Below, piece after piece: positions 55,068 through 63,770 of a DNA stretch of 64,000 nucleotides. The notes under the pieces were generated by a model that made no database searches, was not told the DNA's origin, and saw only the letters and a list, made by a program, of their open reading frames with translations. This stretch comes from an uncultured Dehalococcoidia bacterium. Lineage in GTDB: Bacteria; Chloroflexota; Dehalococcoidia; Lucifugimonadales; GCA-2712585. The stretch is taken from the NCBI GenBank assembly GCA_958295715.1, contig OY282371.1:584133-648132 (forward strand), given 5' to 3'. The translations under genes were made by a program, and so were the position numbers. Positions within the stretch are counted from its first letter, which is position 1. The number at the start of each line of letters is the position of its first letter.

Positions 55068-55850
55068 TTGCAGGAAGGACAGGACGGTTCCGCCCAATCC
55101 CTCATTAGCTTCTTGACTTCAGCCGGCGTCGGGTCGAGGCGGCAGTGTTTCCACCTGCTCGTCATGGGAGAGGTGACGGTCAATGACAGGGTGGAGACCA
55201 GTACCGCGTTCCCCGTCGACCCCGGCCGGGACCTGGTCGTCGTGGAGGGCCGGGTGGTGGCGGCCGCCGGCGCAAGGGTGTACCTGAAGATGCACAAGCC
55301 CTTTGGCGTCCTGTCGACGACCCGTGACGCGCGGGGCAGGACCACTGTTTTGGACTTGGCGCCACGGTCTTTCAAGGCCAGCCGCCTCTTTCCCGTGGGA
55401 CGCCTCGACGCGGACACCACGGGGTTGTTGCTGCTCACCAACGACGGCGCCCTCGCCAACCGCCTGACCCACCCCCGCTACCGGGTGGAGAAGGAGTACC
55501 ACGTGGACTTGGACGCCGCCTTGACCCCGGCCCAGGAGAAGGCCTTCAGGGAAGGGGTGTCTATAAACGGCGAACGCACCGCCCCGGCCCGGCTGCGCCG
55601 CCTCGCCACTCAGGACGGGGCAAGGTACAGCGTTACCCTGCGACAGGGCAGAAAGCGTCAAATTAGGCTCATGTGCCTGGCCGTTGGACGGTCGGTGCGC
55701 GCCCTGAAGCGGGTCAGGATTCATAATCTGCGCCTGGGTTCCCTTCCCGTTGGGGCGTCGAAGGCCCTTTCCGGTGAAGAGACGCAGGGGTTGAAGACCC
55801 TTTTCCATGCCGAGCCGGGGCGCGGCGGCGGGCAAGGAGGCGCATCGTGA
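55068..55850 (+). CDS. rRNA pseudouridine synthase (RsuA/RluB family, S4 domain + catalytic domain)
   Basis: 260 aa. TTG start 7 nt after GGAGG. S4-like N-terminus. Catalytic GRLDADTTGLLLLTNDG, YRVEKEYHV and GRKRQIR. Confidence 0.85.
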   Translation: MQEGQDGSAQSLISFLTSAGVGSRRQCFHLLVMGEVTVNDRVETSTAFPVDPGRDLVVVEGRVVAAAGARVYLKMHKPFGVLSTTRDARGRTTVLDLAPRSFKASRLFPVGRLDADTTGLLLLTNDGALANRLTHPRYRVEKEYHVDLDAALTPAQEKAFREGVSINGERTAPARLRRLATQDGARYSVTLRQGRKRQIRLMCLAVGRSVRALKRVRIHNLRLGSLPVGASKALSGEETQGLKTLFHAEPGRGGGQGGAS

Positions 55851-56503
55851 GCTTTACGGAGGAGCTTCGCAATGGCGCGTTCCCGCTCTGGGAAAGGGTC
55901 GTGACCCATCCCTTTGTCCAGGAGTTGGGGGACGATTCCCTGCCGTGGGAGAAGTTTCAGGTCTACTTCCAGCAGGACTATCTGTTCCTCAAGTCGTGGA
56001 TTAGCCTTCCCTGCCTGGCCATCGCCAAGGCGCCGGACTTCGACGCCTCGAGGAAGCTGTCGGCCTTTATGAACTCGGTTCTCGGCGGTGAGGAGGGCCT
56101 GTTTCAGGACGCTTTCCGAGAGATGGGGCTGTCGAAGGGGCAGGTGTCGGACCTGAGGCCCCTGCCCACGGCCTACGCCTTTTTTAGCTGGCTGAGGAAT
56201 GTCGCCTATGAGGGTGGTTTCCAAGAGATAATCACCGCCCTTCTGTGCGTGGAGTGGGCCTATCTGGAGTGGGCGCAGCGGCTGGCGGCGGCGGGGAAGC
56301 GGCCGGCCAACCGCTTTTACCGGGAGTGGATAGATATCCACGCGGGGCAGGAGCTTGAGGACTTGGTCGTTTGGATGCGCCAGGTCTTGGATGACGGGCC
56401 TGTTTTGGACCGTCCCAGGCTTGAGCGGATTTTCATGGAGTGCCTGCGCTACGAGTTCCTGTTCTGGGAGATGGCTTATCGCGGCGAGGAGTGGCCGGGG
56501 TGA
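55847..56503 (+). CDS. tenA: TenA family aminopyrimidine aminohydrolase (thiaminase II)
   Basis: 218 aa with ..HPFVQELGDDSLPWEKFQVYFQQDYLFL.., typical of TenA. The start overlaps the upstream stop (GTGA). Confidence 0.85.
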   Translation: MSFTEELRNGAFPLWERVVTHPFVQELGDDSLPWEKFQVYFQQDYLFLKSWISLPCLAIAKAPDFDASRKLSAFMNSVLGGEEGLFQDAFREMGLSKGQVSDLRPLPTAYAFFSWLRNVAYEGGFQEIITALLCVEWAYLEWAQRLAAAGKRPANRFYREWIDIHAGQELEDLVVWMRQVLDDGPVLDRPRLERIFMECLRYEFLFWEMAYRGEEWPG

Positions 56504-57291
56504 CCGCGGTTTACAAGGCCCTGACCATCGCAGGCTCCGACTCCGGCGGGGGCGCCGGCGTTCAGGCCGACCTTAAGACCTTCGCCGCCCATGGGGTGTA
56601 CGGCGCATCCGTCATCACCGCCGTCACCGCTCAGAACACCCAGGCCGTCACTGCCGTCCACGAGATTCCCCCGGAGATTGTCGCCGCCCAGATTGACGCC
56701 GTTCTAACGGATATAGGCGCCGACGCGGTTAAGACGGGTATGCTCAGCTCCTCCCCCGTCATCAAGGCCGTGGCGGAGGGACTGGGGCGTCACGGCGCCG
56801 CCCGTCTGGTGGTGGACCCTGTGATGGTGGCCAAAAGCGGCGACCGGCTCTTGAGGGAGGACGCCGTTGGTTCCCTACGGAACCTGCTGCTGCCCTTGGC
56901 GTCGGTGGTCACCCCCAACGCGCCGGAGGCGGAGGCCCTGGCTGAGATGACCATTGAGACGGCTGAGGATGCCCGCGCCGCGGCCCGGCGCATCCGGGAG
57001 CAGGGGGCCGCCGCCGTGGTGGTGAAGGGGGGACACCTCCCCGGCGCCGCCGTGGACTGGCTGTACGACGGCGTCAGCTTCCGGCGGTTCGAGGCCGAGC
57101 GGGTGGACACCGGCAACACCCACGGGACCGGCTGCACTTTCGCATCGGCCATCGCGGCGAATCTGGCCAAGGGCTTGGAGTTGGCGGCGGCGGTGGAGCG
57201 GGCCAAGGAGTTTGTCACCCAGGCCCTACGGCATTCCTATCCGGTGGGCCGCGGCCACGGGCCGCTTAACCACTTCTTCAAGGGGCCGTAA
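56500..57291 (+). CDS. thiD: hydroxymethylpyrimidine/phosphomethylpyrimidine kinase
   Basis: GTG 56500 overlaps the tenA TGA. Motifs ALTIAGSDSGGGAGVQADLKT, VVDPVMVAKSG and GTGCTFASAIAA. Confidence 0.93.
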   Translation: MTAVYKALTIAGSDSGGGAGVQADLKTFAAHGVYGASVITAVTAQNTQAVTAVHEIPPEIVAAQIDAVLTDIGADAVKTGMLSSSPVIKAVAEGLGRHGAARLVVDPVMVAKSGDRLLREDAVGSLRNLLLPLASVVTPNAPEAEALAEMTIETAEDARAAARRIREQGAAAVVVKGGHLPGAAVDWLYDGVSFRRFEAERVDTGNTHGTGCTFASAIAANLAKGLELAAAVERAKEFVTQALRHSYPVGRGHGPLNHFFKGP

Positions 57292-57299
57292 CCGCCCGG

Positions 57300-58292
57300 T
57301 TATAGGCTGGAACCCCGGTACACCTGGGGATTGGCGCATTGTGGCAGCCTTTGCCTCTTGATTCCGGCCATCAGATTCCGGGCCGCCAGGACCGCCATGC
57401 CGGAGCGGGTCGCCACGGTGGAGCTTCCCAGGTGGGGCGTAACCACCAGGTTGTCCAGGCTCAGCAGCGGGTCGTTGGGGGAGATGGGTTCCGGGGTGGT
57501 CACGTCCAGGGCCGCCCCGCCGATTCCCCCATCCTTCAAGGCGTCGTACAGGGCTTGCGAGTCCACCACGGGGCCGCGGGCGGCGTTGACCAGTATGGCG
57601 GTGGGCTTCATCATCGCCAACTCCTCCCTGCCGATGAGGCCCTGGGTCTCCGGGGTCAGGGGCATGTGGAGGCTTACGTAGTCCGACTCCCTCAGCAGGG
57701 TATGGAGGTCAACGCGCCGGGCGTCGTAGAGGGCCTCGGCCTCCGGCTTCGGGCTGCGGCTGTGATATACGACCTGCATGTCGAACCCGCGGCCCCGTTT
57801 GGCCATCTCCATTCCTATCTTGCCCATGCCGACGATTCCCAGGGTCGCGTGATGGACCTCGGCGCCGAGCCAGTAGAGGGGGTGGAAGGCAATCTTCCAG
57901 CCGCCCCTTCGCACCCACCGCTCCGTCTCCCCCACCCGCCGGGCCGCCGACAGCATGAGGGCGAAGGCCTGGTCGGCGGTGGCCTCCGACACCACCCCCG
58001 GCGTGTAGCCGACGGGGACGCGGCGCCGGGTGGCCTCCTCCACGTCCACGTTATCCAGCCCAACGGCCATCTGGCTGATTACCTTCAGGCCGGGGGCCGC
58101 CGTTAGGAGTTGGGCGTCCACCCTGTCCATGATATTGGTCAGAAGGCCATCCACCGCCGCGGCCTTCGCCCTCAGCAGGGCCGGTTCCGGGGGTTCCGCT
58201 TGAGGCCAGACCTCCATGTCCGCTTCTGAGGCTATCAGGTCCAGGGCGGCTTGGGGAATGGCGCGGGTTACGAAGACCCTTGGCCTGGGCAT
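57300..58292 (-). CDS. D-isomer-specific 2-hydroxyacid dehydrogenase (glyoxylate/hydroxypyruvate reductase-like)
   Basis: ATG 58292 gives MPRPRVFVTRAIP, parallel to the paralog's N-terminus. NAD motif GIVGMGKIGMEMAKR. Catalytic ..NAARGPVVD..TPHLGS. Confidence 0.82.
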   Translation of the reverse strand: MPRPRVFVTRAIPQAALDLIASEADMEVWPQAEPPEPALLRAKAAAVDGLLTNIMDRVDAQLLTAAPGLKVISQMAVGLDNVDVEEATRRRVPVGYTPGVVSEATADQAFALMLSAARRVGETERWVRRGGWKIAFHPLYWLGAEVHHATLGIVGMGKIGMEMAKRGRGFDMQVVYHSRSPKPEAEALYDARRVDLHTLLRESDYVSLHMPLTPETQGLIGREELAMMKPTAILVNAARGPVVDSQALYDALKDGGIGGAALDVTTPEPISPNDPLLSLDNLVVTPHLGSSTVATRSGMAVLAARNLMAGIKRQRLPQCANPQVYRGSSL

Positions 58293-58353
58293 CAGGGGAC
58301 CCGCGGCTCCGGGCGGCTGCCGGAGGCATTCCAAGAGGTCGTCTTCATGGTCG

Positions 58354-59337
58354 CTACGCCTCGTAGACCTCCGGGTTGACGCAGTTGGCCATCCGCTCGC
58401 CCCTCAGCCCGGCGATGAGGTTCTCAGCCGCCATGATGGACATGAGCCGGCGGGTGGCGACGCTGGCGCTGGCGACGTGGGGCGCCACGATGCAGTTGTC
58501 CAGGGTGAGGAGGGGGTGGTCGGCGGGAAGGGGCTCGGGCTCGGTGACGTCGAGGGCCGCCGCGCCGATTTCCCCATCCTTCAAGGCGTCGTACAGGGCG
58601 TCGTGGTCTATGACGGGGCCTCTGGCGGCGTTGACCAGCACGGCGGTGGGCTTCATCATCTCCAACTCGGCCCTGCCGATGAGGTGGCGGGTGTCAGGGG
58701 TCAGGTTCACGTGAAGGCTGATGAAGTCCGACTCCCTGAGCACGTCGCTGAAGGGGGCGTAGCGGATGGATAGCCGCTCCTCGTCCTCTGCCGGGCGTCT
58801 TACCACGTCGTGGTAGACCACCGGCATGTCAAACCCCTGGGCGCGCTTGGCCATCTCCAAGCCGATGCGCCCCATGCCGAGGATTCCGAGGGTGGCGCCG
58901 TGAACGTCCTGGCCCAGGTAGTGAAGGGGATGCCACGTCTTCCACCTGCCGGCCTTCACGGCCTCCGCGGTCTCCACCAGCCGCCGGGCCGCGGCCATGA
59001 GGAGGAGGAAGGCCATGTCTGCGGTGGTCTTGGTGAGGGCGTTGGGGGTGTATCCCACCGGGAGGCCCCGGCGGGTGGCCTCGGCCACGTCGATATTCTC
59101 GTATCCCACGGCTATCTGGCTAATGGCCCGGAGGTTGGGGGCGGCGTCCATAAGCTCCCCGTCCACCGCGTCGGTGAGGAGGGACAGGATACCGTCCACG
59201 CCGGCGGTCTTCCGGAGCAGCGCGTCCCGGGGCGGTGGGAGCTCGTCGGGCCACACCTCAACGTCGGCCTCCTTGGACAGCATGTCCAGGGCCTCTTGAA
59301 AGATTTGGCGCGTTACAAAAACCTTGGGCTTGGTCAT
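58354..59337 (-). CDS. D-isomer-specific 2-hydroxyacid dehydrogenase (paralog)
   Basis: 327 aa with MTKPKVFVTRQI, GILGMGRIGLEMAKR, and NAARGPVIDH..APHVAS. Confidence 0.82.
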   Translation of the reverse strand: MTKPKVFVTRQIFQEALDMLSKEADVEVWPDELPPPRDALLRKTAGVDGILSLLTDAVDGELMDAAPNLRAISQIAVGYENIDVAEATRRGLPVGYTPNALTKTTADMAFLLLMAAARRLVETAEAVKAGRWKTWHPLHYLGQDVHGATLGILGMGRIGLEMAKRAQGFDMPVVYHDVVRRPAEDEERLSIRYAPFSDVLRESDFISLHVNLTPDTRHLIGRAELEMMKPTAVLVNAARGPVIDHDALYDALKDGEIGAAALDVTEPEPLPADHPLLTLDNCIVAPHVASASVATRRLMSIMAAENLIAGLRGERMANCVNPEVYEA

Positions 59338-59414
59338 GGCGTCTCCTGCCCTATAGAGTGGGGCAATTATAGTCTAATGCGCGTTGGGTTCCAAATCGCC
59401 TCTTGGGGCCTTCG

Positions 59415-59443
59415 TTGTGCGCTATGGCAATCCTGCCTATAAT
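59415..59443 (+). promoter_or_regulatory. putative ilvD promoter
   Basis: TTGTGC (59415-59420), a 17-nt spacer, then TATAAT (59438-59443). TAGGAG RBS before ATG 59474. Confidence 0.55.
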
Positions 59444-59473
59444 GGCTTCAACACATAGCGTTAGGAGACTTGA

Positions 59474-61159
59474 ATGACCGCCGACACTCAGCTACGGATG
59501 AGGCCCCACAGCAGCGTTATCATGGACGGCCCCGACCGCGCCCCGGCGCGGGCCATGCTCCGGGCCACCGGCCTGGGCGATAGGGAGCTGCACCAGCCCT
59601 TTGTGGGCGTGTCGAACCTGGCCAGCGACGTTACGCCCTGCAACGTTCACCTCTACGGCCTTGTGCGGGCCGTCAAAGAGGGGGTGCGGTTGGCCCAAGG
59701 CACGCCCTTTGAGTTTGGAACGCTCACGGTCAGCGACGCCGTTTCCATGGGAACCCAGGGGATGAAGGCCTCCCTCGTGAGCCGCGAGGTTATCGCCGAC
59801 TCCATCGAGTTGGTGTCCTTCGCCGAGGGGTTCGACGGCCTAGTCACCGTGGCGGGCTGCGATAAGAATATGCCGGGAACGGTGATGGCCGCCGCCCGGC
59901 TCAACATCCCCGCTATCTTCGTCTACGGCGGGACCATTTTGCCGGGACGGTACAGGGGCAGGGACGTGAACATTCAGGACGTCTTTGAGGCCGTGGGCGC
60001 CCACTCCAAGGGCAGCATATCCGATGAGGAGTTGAAGGAGGTGGAGCGGGCCGCCTGCCCCGGCGCCGGCTCCTGCGCGGGCCTCTTTACGGCCAACACC
60101 ATGTCGTCGGCCATCGAAGCGTTGGGCCTCAGCCTGCCGGGCGACGCGTCGATACCGGCCGTGGAGGAGGACAAGCTGGCGGCGGCGCGGCGGGCCGGCC
60201 AAGCCGTTCTGAGTCTCATGGAGAAGGGCATAAGGCCGAGGGACATCCTGACCCGCGAGGCCTTTGAAAACGCCATAACCGTTGTGACGGCCATGGGCGG
60301 CTCCACCAACGCCGTCCTCCACCTGCTGGCCATCGCGCGGGAGGCCGGGGTGCCCCTTTCCATTGACGACTTTGACGTCATCAGCGACAGGACGCCCTAT
60401 ATCGCGGACATGAAGCCGAGCGGGCGGCACGTAATGGCCGATCTGCACCGGGTGGGCGGTGTTCCCCTGGTGATGAAGCGGCTCCTCGACGCGGGCCTTC
60501 TCCACGGCGGCGTTATGACCGTGACGGGAGAGACCGTTGAGCAAAACCTGGCATCGGTGGACGCCTCACTGGACCAGCCGGTGGTTTCCACCATTGAGGC
60601 TCCACTTGGGGCCACCGGCGGCCTCGCCATCCTCAAGGGCAACCTGGCCCCGGAGGGCTGCGTCGTTAAGATAGCCGGCAAGGAGCATCTCTATCAGAGG
60701 GGGCCGGCCAGGGTGTTCGACCGGGAGGAGGACGCCTTCACCGCCATACAAGCTCAGGAGATACGGGCGGGGGACGTGGTGGTGATACGCTACGAAGGGC
60801 CGAAGGGCGGCCCCGGTATGCGGGAGATGCTTACGGTGACGGGGGCCTTGGTGGGGCAGGGGTTGGGGGAGAGCGTGGCCCTTATGACCGACGGCAGGTT
60901 TTCCGGGGCCACCCACGGGCTCATGGTGGGCCACGTTGCCCCGGAAGCGGCGGTGGGCGGCCCCCTAGCCCTCCTGCGGGACGGCGATACGGTGGTGGTG
61001 GACGTTCCGGGCCGCAGGCTTCAGGTGGAACTGCCCGAAGAAGAGATGCGGCGTCGGGCCGGGGAGTGGTCGCCGCGTCCCACCGATTACCCAACTGGCG
61101 CCCTGGCCAAGTACGCCAAGCTGGTGTCCTCCGCCTCCCAGGGCGCGGTGACCGGCTAG
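59474..61159 (+). CDS. ilvD: dihydroxy-acid dehydratase
   Basis: 561 aa with [24 protein letters not shown] and [14 protein letters not shown]. Confidence 0.95.
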   Translation: MTADTQLRMRPHSSVIMDGPDRAPARAMLRATGLGDRELHQPFVGVSNLASDVTPCNVHLYGLVRAVKEGVRLAQGTPFEFGTLTVSDAVSMGTQGMKASLVSREVIADSIELVSFAEGFDGLVTVAGCDKNMPGTVMAAARLNIPAIFVYGGTILPGRYRGRDVNIQDVFEAVGAHSKGSISDEELKEVERAACPGAGSCAGLFTANTMSSAIEALGLSLPGDASIPAVEEDKLAAARRAGQAVLSLMEKGIRPRDILTREAFENAITVVTAMGGSTNAVLHLLAIAREAGVPLSIDDFDVISDRTPYIADMKPSGRHVMADLHRVGGVPLVMKRLLDAGLLHGGVMTVTGETVEQNLASVDASLDQPVVSTIEAPLGATGGLAILKGNLAPEGCVVKIAGKEHLYQRGPARVFDREEDAFTAIQAQEIRAGDVVVIRYEGPKGGPGMREMLTVTGALVGQGLGESVALMTDGRFSGATHGLMVGHVAPEAAVGGPLALLRDGDTVVVDVPGRRLQVELPEEEMRRRAGEWSPRPTDYPTGALAKYAKLVSSASQGAVTG

Positions 61160-61230
61160 GCGGCCCAAGAACCGGTGGGATGGGATGGCTTGCGCCCCGC
61201 CACGCATCCGGCATTACCGGGTCCTTCCTC

Positions 61231-61282
61231 CGTCATACCCGCTTTTCTTCTCTCGTCATTCCCGCGCAGGCGGGAATCCATC
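61231..61282. repeat. single repeat element (half-site + hairpin)
   Basis: CGTCATACCC half-site 23 bp before GTCATTCCCGCGCAGGCGGGAATCCA. Confidence 0.85.
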
Positions 61283-61362
61283 CGGGAACGGCGGCGGGTT
61301 CAGGAGGGGGGCTGGCGGGTTCACGGGTCTAGTCTGTGGCGGTAGATAGGTCATAAGGAGCG

Positions 61363-62613
61363 ATGATGGAAATTCTGGTTGGCACTCTGATTGTGGTTCT
61401 ATTTATAGTGATAGTCGCGTTGGCGGCGGCGCTGGTCCTGCGTTCCCGCGGCGAGCAGGCCAAGCCTTCCGGCGACGCGCTGAGGGCGGAGTTCCAAGCC
61501 CTGTCTCAGGCCGCCCTGAGAGAGGCCAACGAGCAGTTTCTCGCCCTTGCGGAGCAGCGTTTCGCCCGGCTTACGGAGGCGGGATCCCACGACCTCCAGG
61601 GCAAGAAGACCCTTATCGACCAGCAGCTTGAGAATATGAAAAAGGAGTTGGGCAAGGTTACAGACCTGGTCCAGAGGGTTGAGAGGGACAGGGAGGCCAA
61701 GTTCGGGCAGCTAACCACCGAAATCAAGAACATCGGCCAGCAGGCCAACGCCCTCACCGCCTCCACGACCACCCTTAGAGAGGCCCTGGCCAGTTCCCGT
61801 TCCAGGGGCCAGTGGGGGGAGCGGATGGCCGAGGACATTCTCAGGATGATGGGGTTTGTCGAAGGGGTCAACTACGAAAGGCAGAAGAGCGTTGACGGCG
61901 GCCGTTCCCGTCCCGACTTCACCTTCCTGCTGCCCAAGAGGTTGAAGATAAACATGGACGTGAAGTTCCCCCTGGAAAACTACCTCAACTATCTTGACGC
62001 CGGTTCCGACTCCGACAGGTCAAGCTATCAGAAGGCCTTCTTGGGAGACGTTAAAGCGAGGGTTAACGAGGTTAGCGGCCGGGACTACATCGACCCGGGG
62101 CAGGGCACCGTGGACTACGTTCTCCTCTTCATTCCCAACGAAAGCGTCTACGCCTTCATACATGAGAATGACCGCAACGCCATGGATTCGGCCCTTGAGA
62201 AGAAGGTCATATGGTGCTCTCCCCTAACCCTCTACTGCGTGCTGGCCGTGGTGCGCAAGGCCGTGGAGAACTTCGCCATGGACCAGCGTTCCGACGAGAT
62301 AATTTCGCTGGTGGGGACCTTTGAAGACCAGTGGAGGAAGTTCTCAGACAGCATGGATACGCTGGGGAAGCGGTTGTCTTCCACCCAAACCGCCTTTGAC
62401 ACGCTTACCGGGGTCAGGAGCCGGGGGCTTGAGCGTTCCATAAACAGGATAGAGCAACTGCGTCAGAATCGGGGTCTCTCGGCGGCTGACCTCGGCGACG
62501 ACCTGGGCGATCTGTTCAAGCTGCCGCCGGGCCATGAGGAGGCCGGCGCGGTGGATGGCGACGGAGCCTTCCTAGACGGGGATGAGCCGAGGAGGACTGC
62601 CAACGCGCCTTGA
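61363..62613 (+). CDS. rmuC: DNA recombination protein RmuC
   Basis: 416 aa. N-terminal TM helix, long coiled-coil, and a C-terminal nuclease-like region ..RPDFTFLLP..INMDVKFPL..YVLLFIPNESVY. The last ~23 aa are encoded by the first unit of the 83-bp array. Confidence 0.88.
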   Translation: MMEILVGTLIVVLFIVIVALAAALVLRSRGEQAKPSGDALRAEFQALSQAALREANEQFLALAEQRFARLTEAGSHDLQGKKTLIDQQLENMKKELGKVTDLVQRVERDREAKFGQLTTEIKNIGQQANALTASTTTLREALASSRSRGQWGERMAEDILRMMGFVEGVNYERQKSVDGGRSRPDFTFLLPKRLKINMDVKFPLENYLNYLDAGSDSDRSSYQKAFLGDVKARVNEVSGRDYIDPGQGTVDYVLLFIPNESVYAFIHENDRNAMDSALEKKVIWCSPLTLYCVLAVVRKAVENFAMDQRSDEIISLVGTFEDQWRKFSDSMDTLGKRLSSTQTAFDTLTGVRSRGLERSINRIEQLRQNRGLSAADLGDDLGDLFKLPPGHEEAGAVDGDGAFLDGDEPRRTANAP

Positions 62614-62883
62614 CGGGCCGATTCCCCGGCGCGGTGGATAGCGACGGAGCCTTCCTAGACGGGGATGAGCCGAGGAGGACTGCCAACGCGCCTTGACGGG
62701 CCGATTCCCCGGCGCGGTGGATAGCGACGGAGCCTTCCTAGACGGGGATGAGCGGCAGAAGACTGCCGGCGCGCCTTGACGGGCCGGTTCCCCGGCGCGG
62801 TGGATGGCGATGGAGCCTTCCTAGACGGGGATGAGCCGAGGAGGACTGCCAACGCGCCTTGACGGGCTGGTTCCCCGGCGCGG
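62544..62883. repeat. 83-bp tandem repeat, ~4.1 copies
   Basis: GTGGAT(G/A)GCGA landmarks at 62551, 62634, 62717 and 62800, a period of 83. The array fills the whole convergent gap between rmuC and the SDR gene. Confidence 0.95.
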
Positions 62884-62892
62884 CGTTTGGGG

Positions 62893-63687
62893 CTAGATGA
62901 TGCCTGCCAAGGCGCCGCCGTCCAGGCTCACGCTCTGCCCCGTGATGTAGCCGGCCCGCTCAGACGCGAGAAAGGCTATCAGGTCGCCCATCTCCTCGGG
63001 CCGTCCCAGCCGCCGCATGGGTATCCGGTGGGCGGCCTCCTTCATAAGCTGCTCGGCGTCGCCGCCCTGCTCCCTGGCCATGGCCCCGTAGAGGCTCGTC
63101 ATCCTGTCCGTCATCACCTGTCCCGGCAAAACGTTGTTGACGGTTATGTTGAAGCGCGCCAACTCGTTGGACAGCATTTTGGCGTATCCCACCACCGCCA
63201 GGCGGCTGGAGGTGGATAGGACCAGGTTCAGCACCGGCTCCTTCACGGCGTTGGAGAGGAGGTTGATTATCCTGCCCCAGCGCTGCTGTTTCATGTAGGG
63301 AATAACCTCCCGGCTCATCCTCATCGCGCTCATGAAGTTCTGCTCCATGGCGTCGTACCATCGCTGGTCTGCCAGGTCGGATGGCCTTCCGGGAGGAGGC
63401 CCGCCGATGTTGTTGACCACTATGTCGATGCGCTCGAACCGGTTGAAGGTGTCGCGGGCCACGAGCCGGATGCTCTCCGGCTTGGACAGGTCCGCGGGTA
63501 TTGCGAGGACGTGTTGCTGAGAGGCGACCCGTATTATCTCGATCTCCGCCTTGCGCAGGTCCGCCTCGGTGCGGGCGCAGATGGTCACGAATGCGCCCTC
63601 TCGGACTAGGGCCATGGCCGCGGCCTTTCCCATGCCCTTGCTGGCCCCGCCCACAATGGCCACCCGGTCCTTAAGCCCTAGGTTCAT
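62893..63687 (-). CDS. SDR family oxidoreductase (3-oxoacyl-ACP reductase-like)
   Basis: ATG 63687 gives MNLGLKDRVAIVGGASKGMGKA (TGxxxGxG-type). Catalytic Y..K in VVGYAKMLS. The longer ORF to 63777 enters repeat DNA. Confidence 0.85.
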   Translation of the reverse strand: MNLGLKDRVAIVGGASKGMGKAAAMALVREGAFVTICARTEADLRKAEIEIIRVASQQHVLAIPADLSKPESIRLVARDTFNRFERIDIVVNNIGGPPPGRPSDLADQRWYDAMEQNFMSAMRMSREVIPYMKQQRWGRIINLLSNAVKEPVLNLVLSTSSRLAVVGYAKMLSNELARFNITVNNVLPGQVMTDRMTSLYGAMAREQGGDAEQLMKEAAHRIPMRRLGRPEEMGDLIAFLASERAGYITGQSVSLDGGALAGII

Positions 63688-63770
63688 CTGCCCAGCCTCT
63701 ACAGGGTGAAGTGTGGTCAAATGATAACCAAAGCGGGACGCCAAGGCAAGAGCGGCGCCCGCCCCCCTAT

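Noticed and set aside
62544-62883. The 83-bp array as a CRISPR array or as a coding repeat, including the 65-aa minus-strand ORF at 62655-62852.
   Set aside because: The units are contiguous with no spacers. The period is not divisible by 3, so no frame is maintained. The minus-strand ORF is Arg/Pro-rich shadow sequence.
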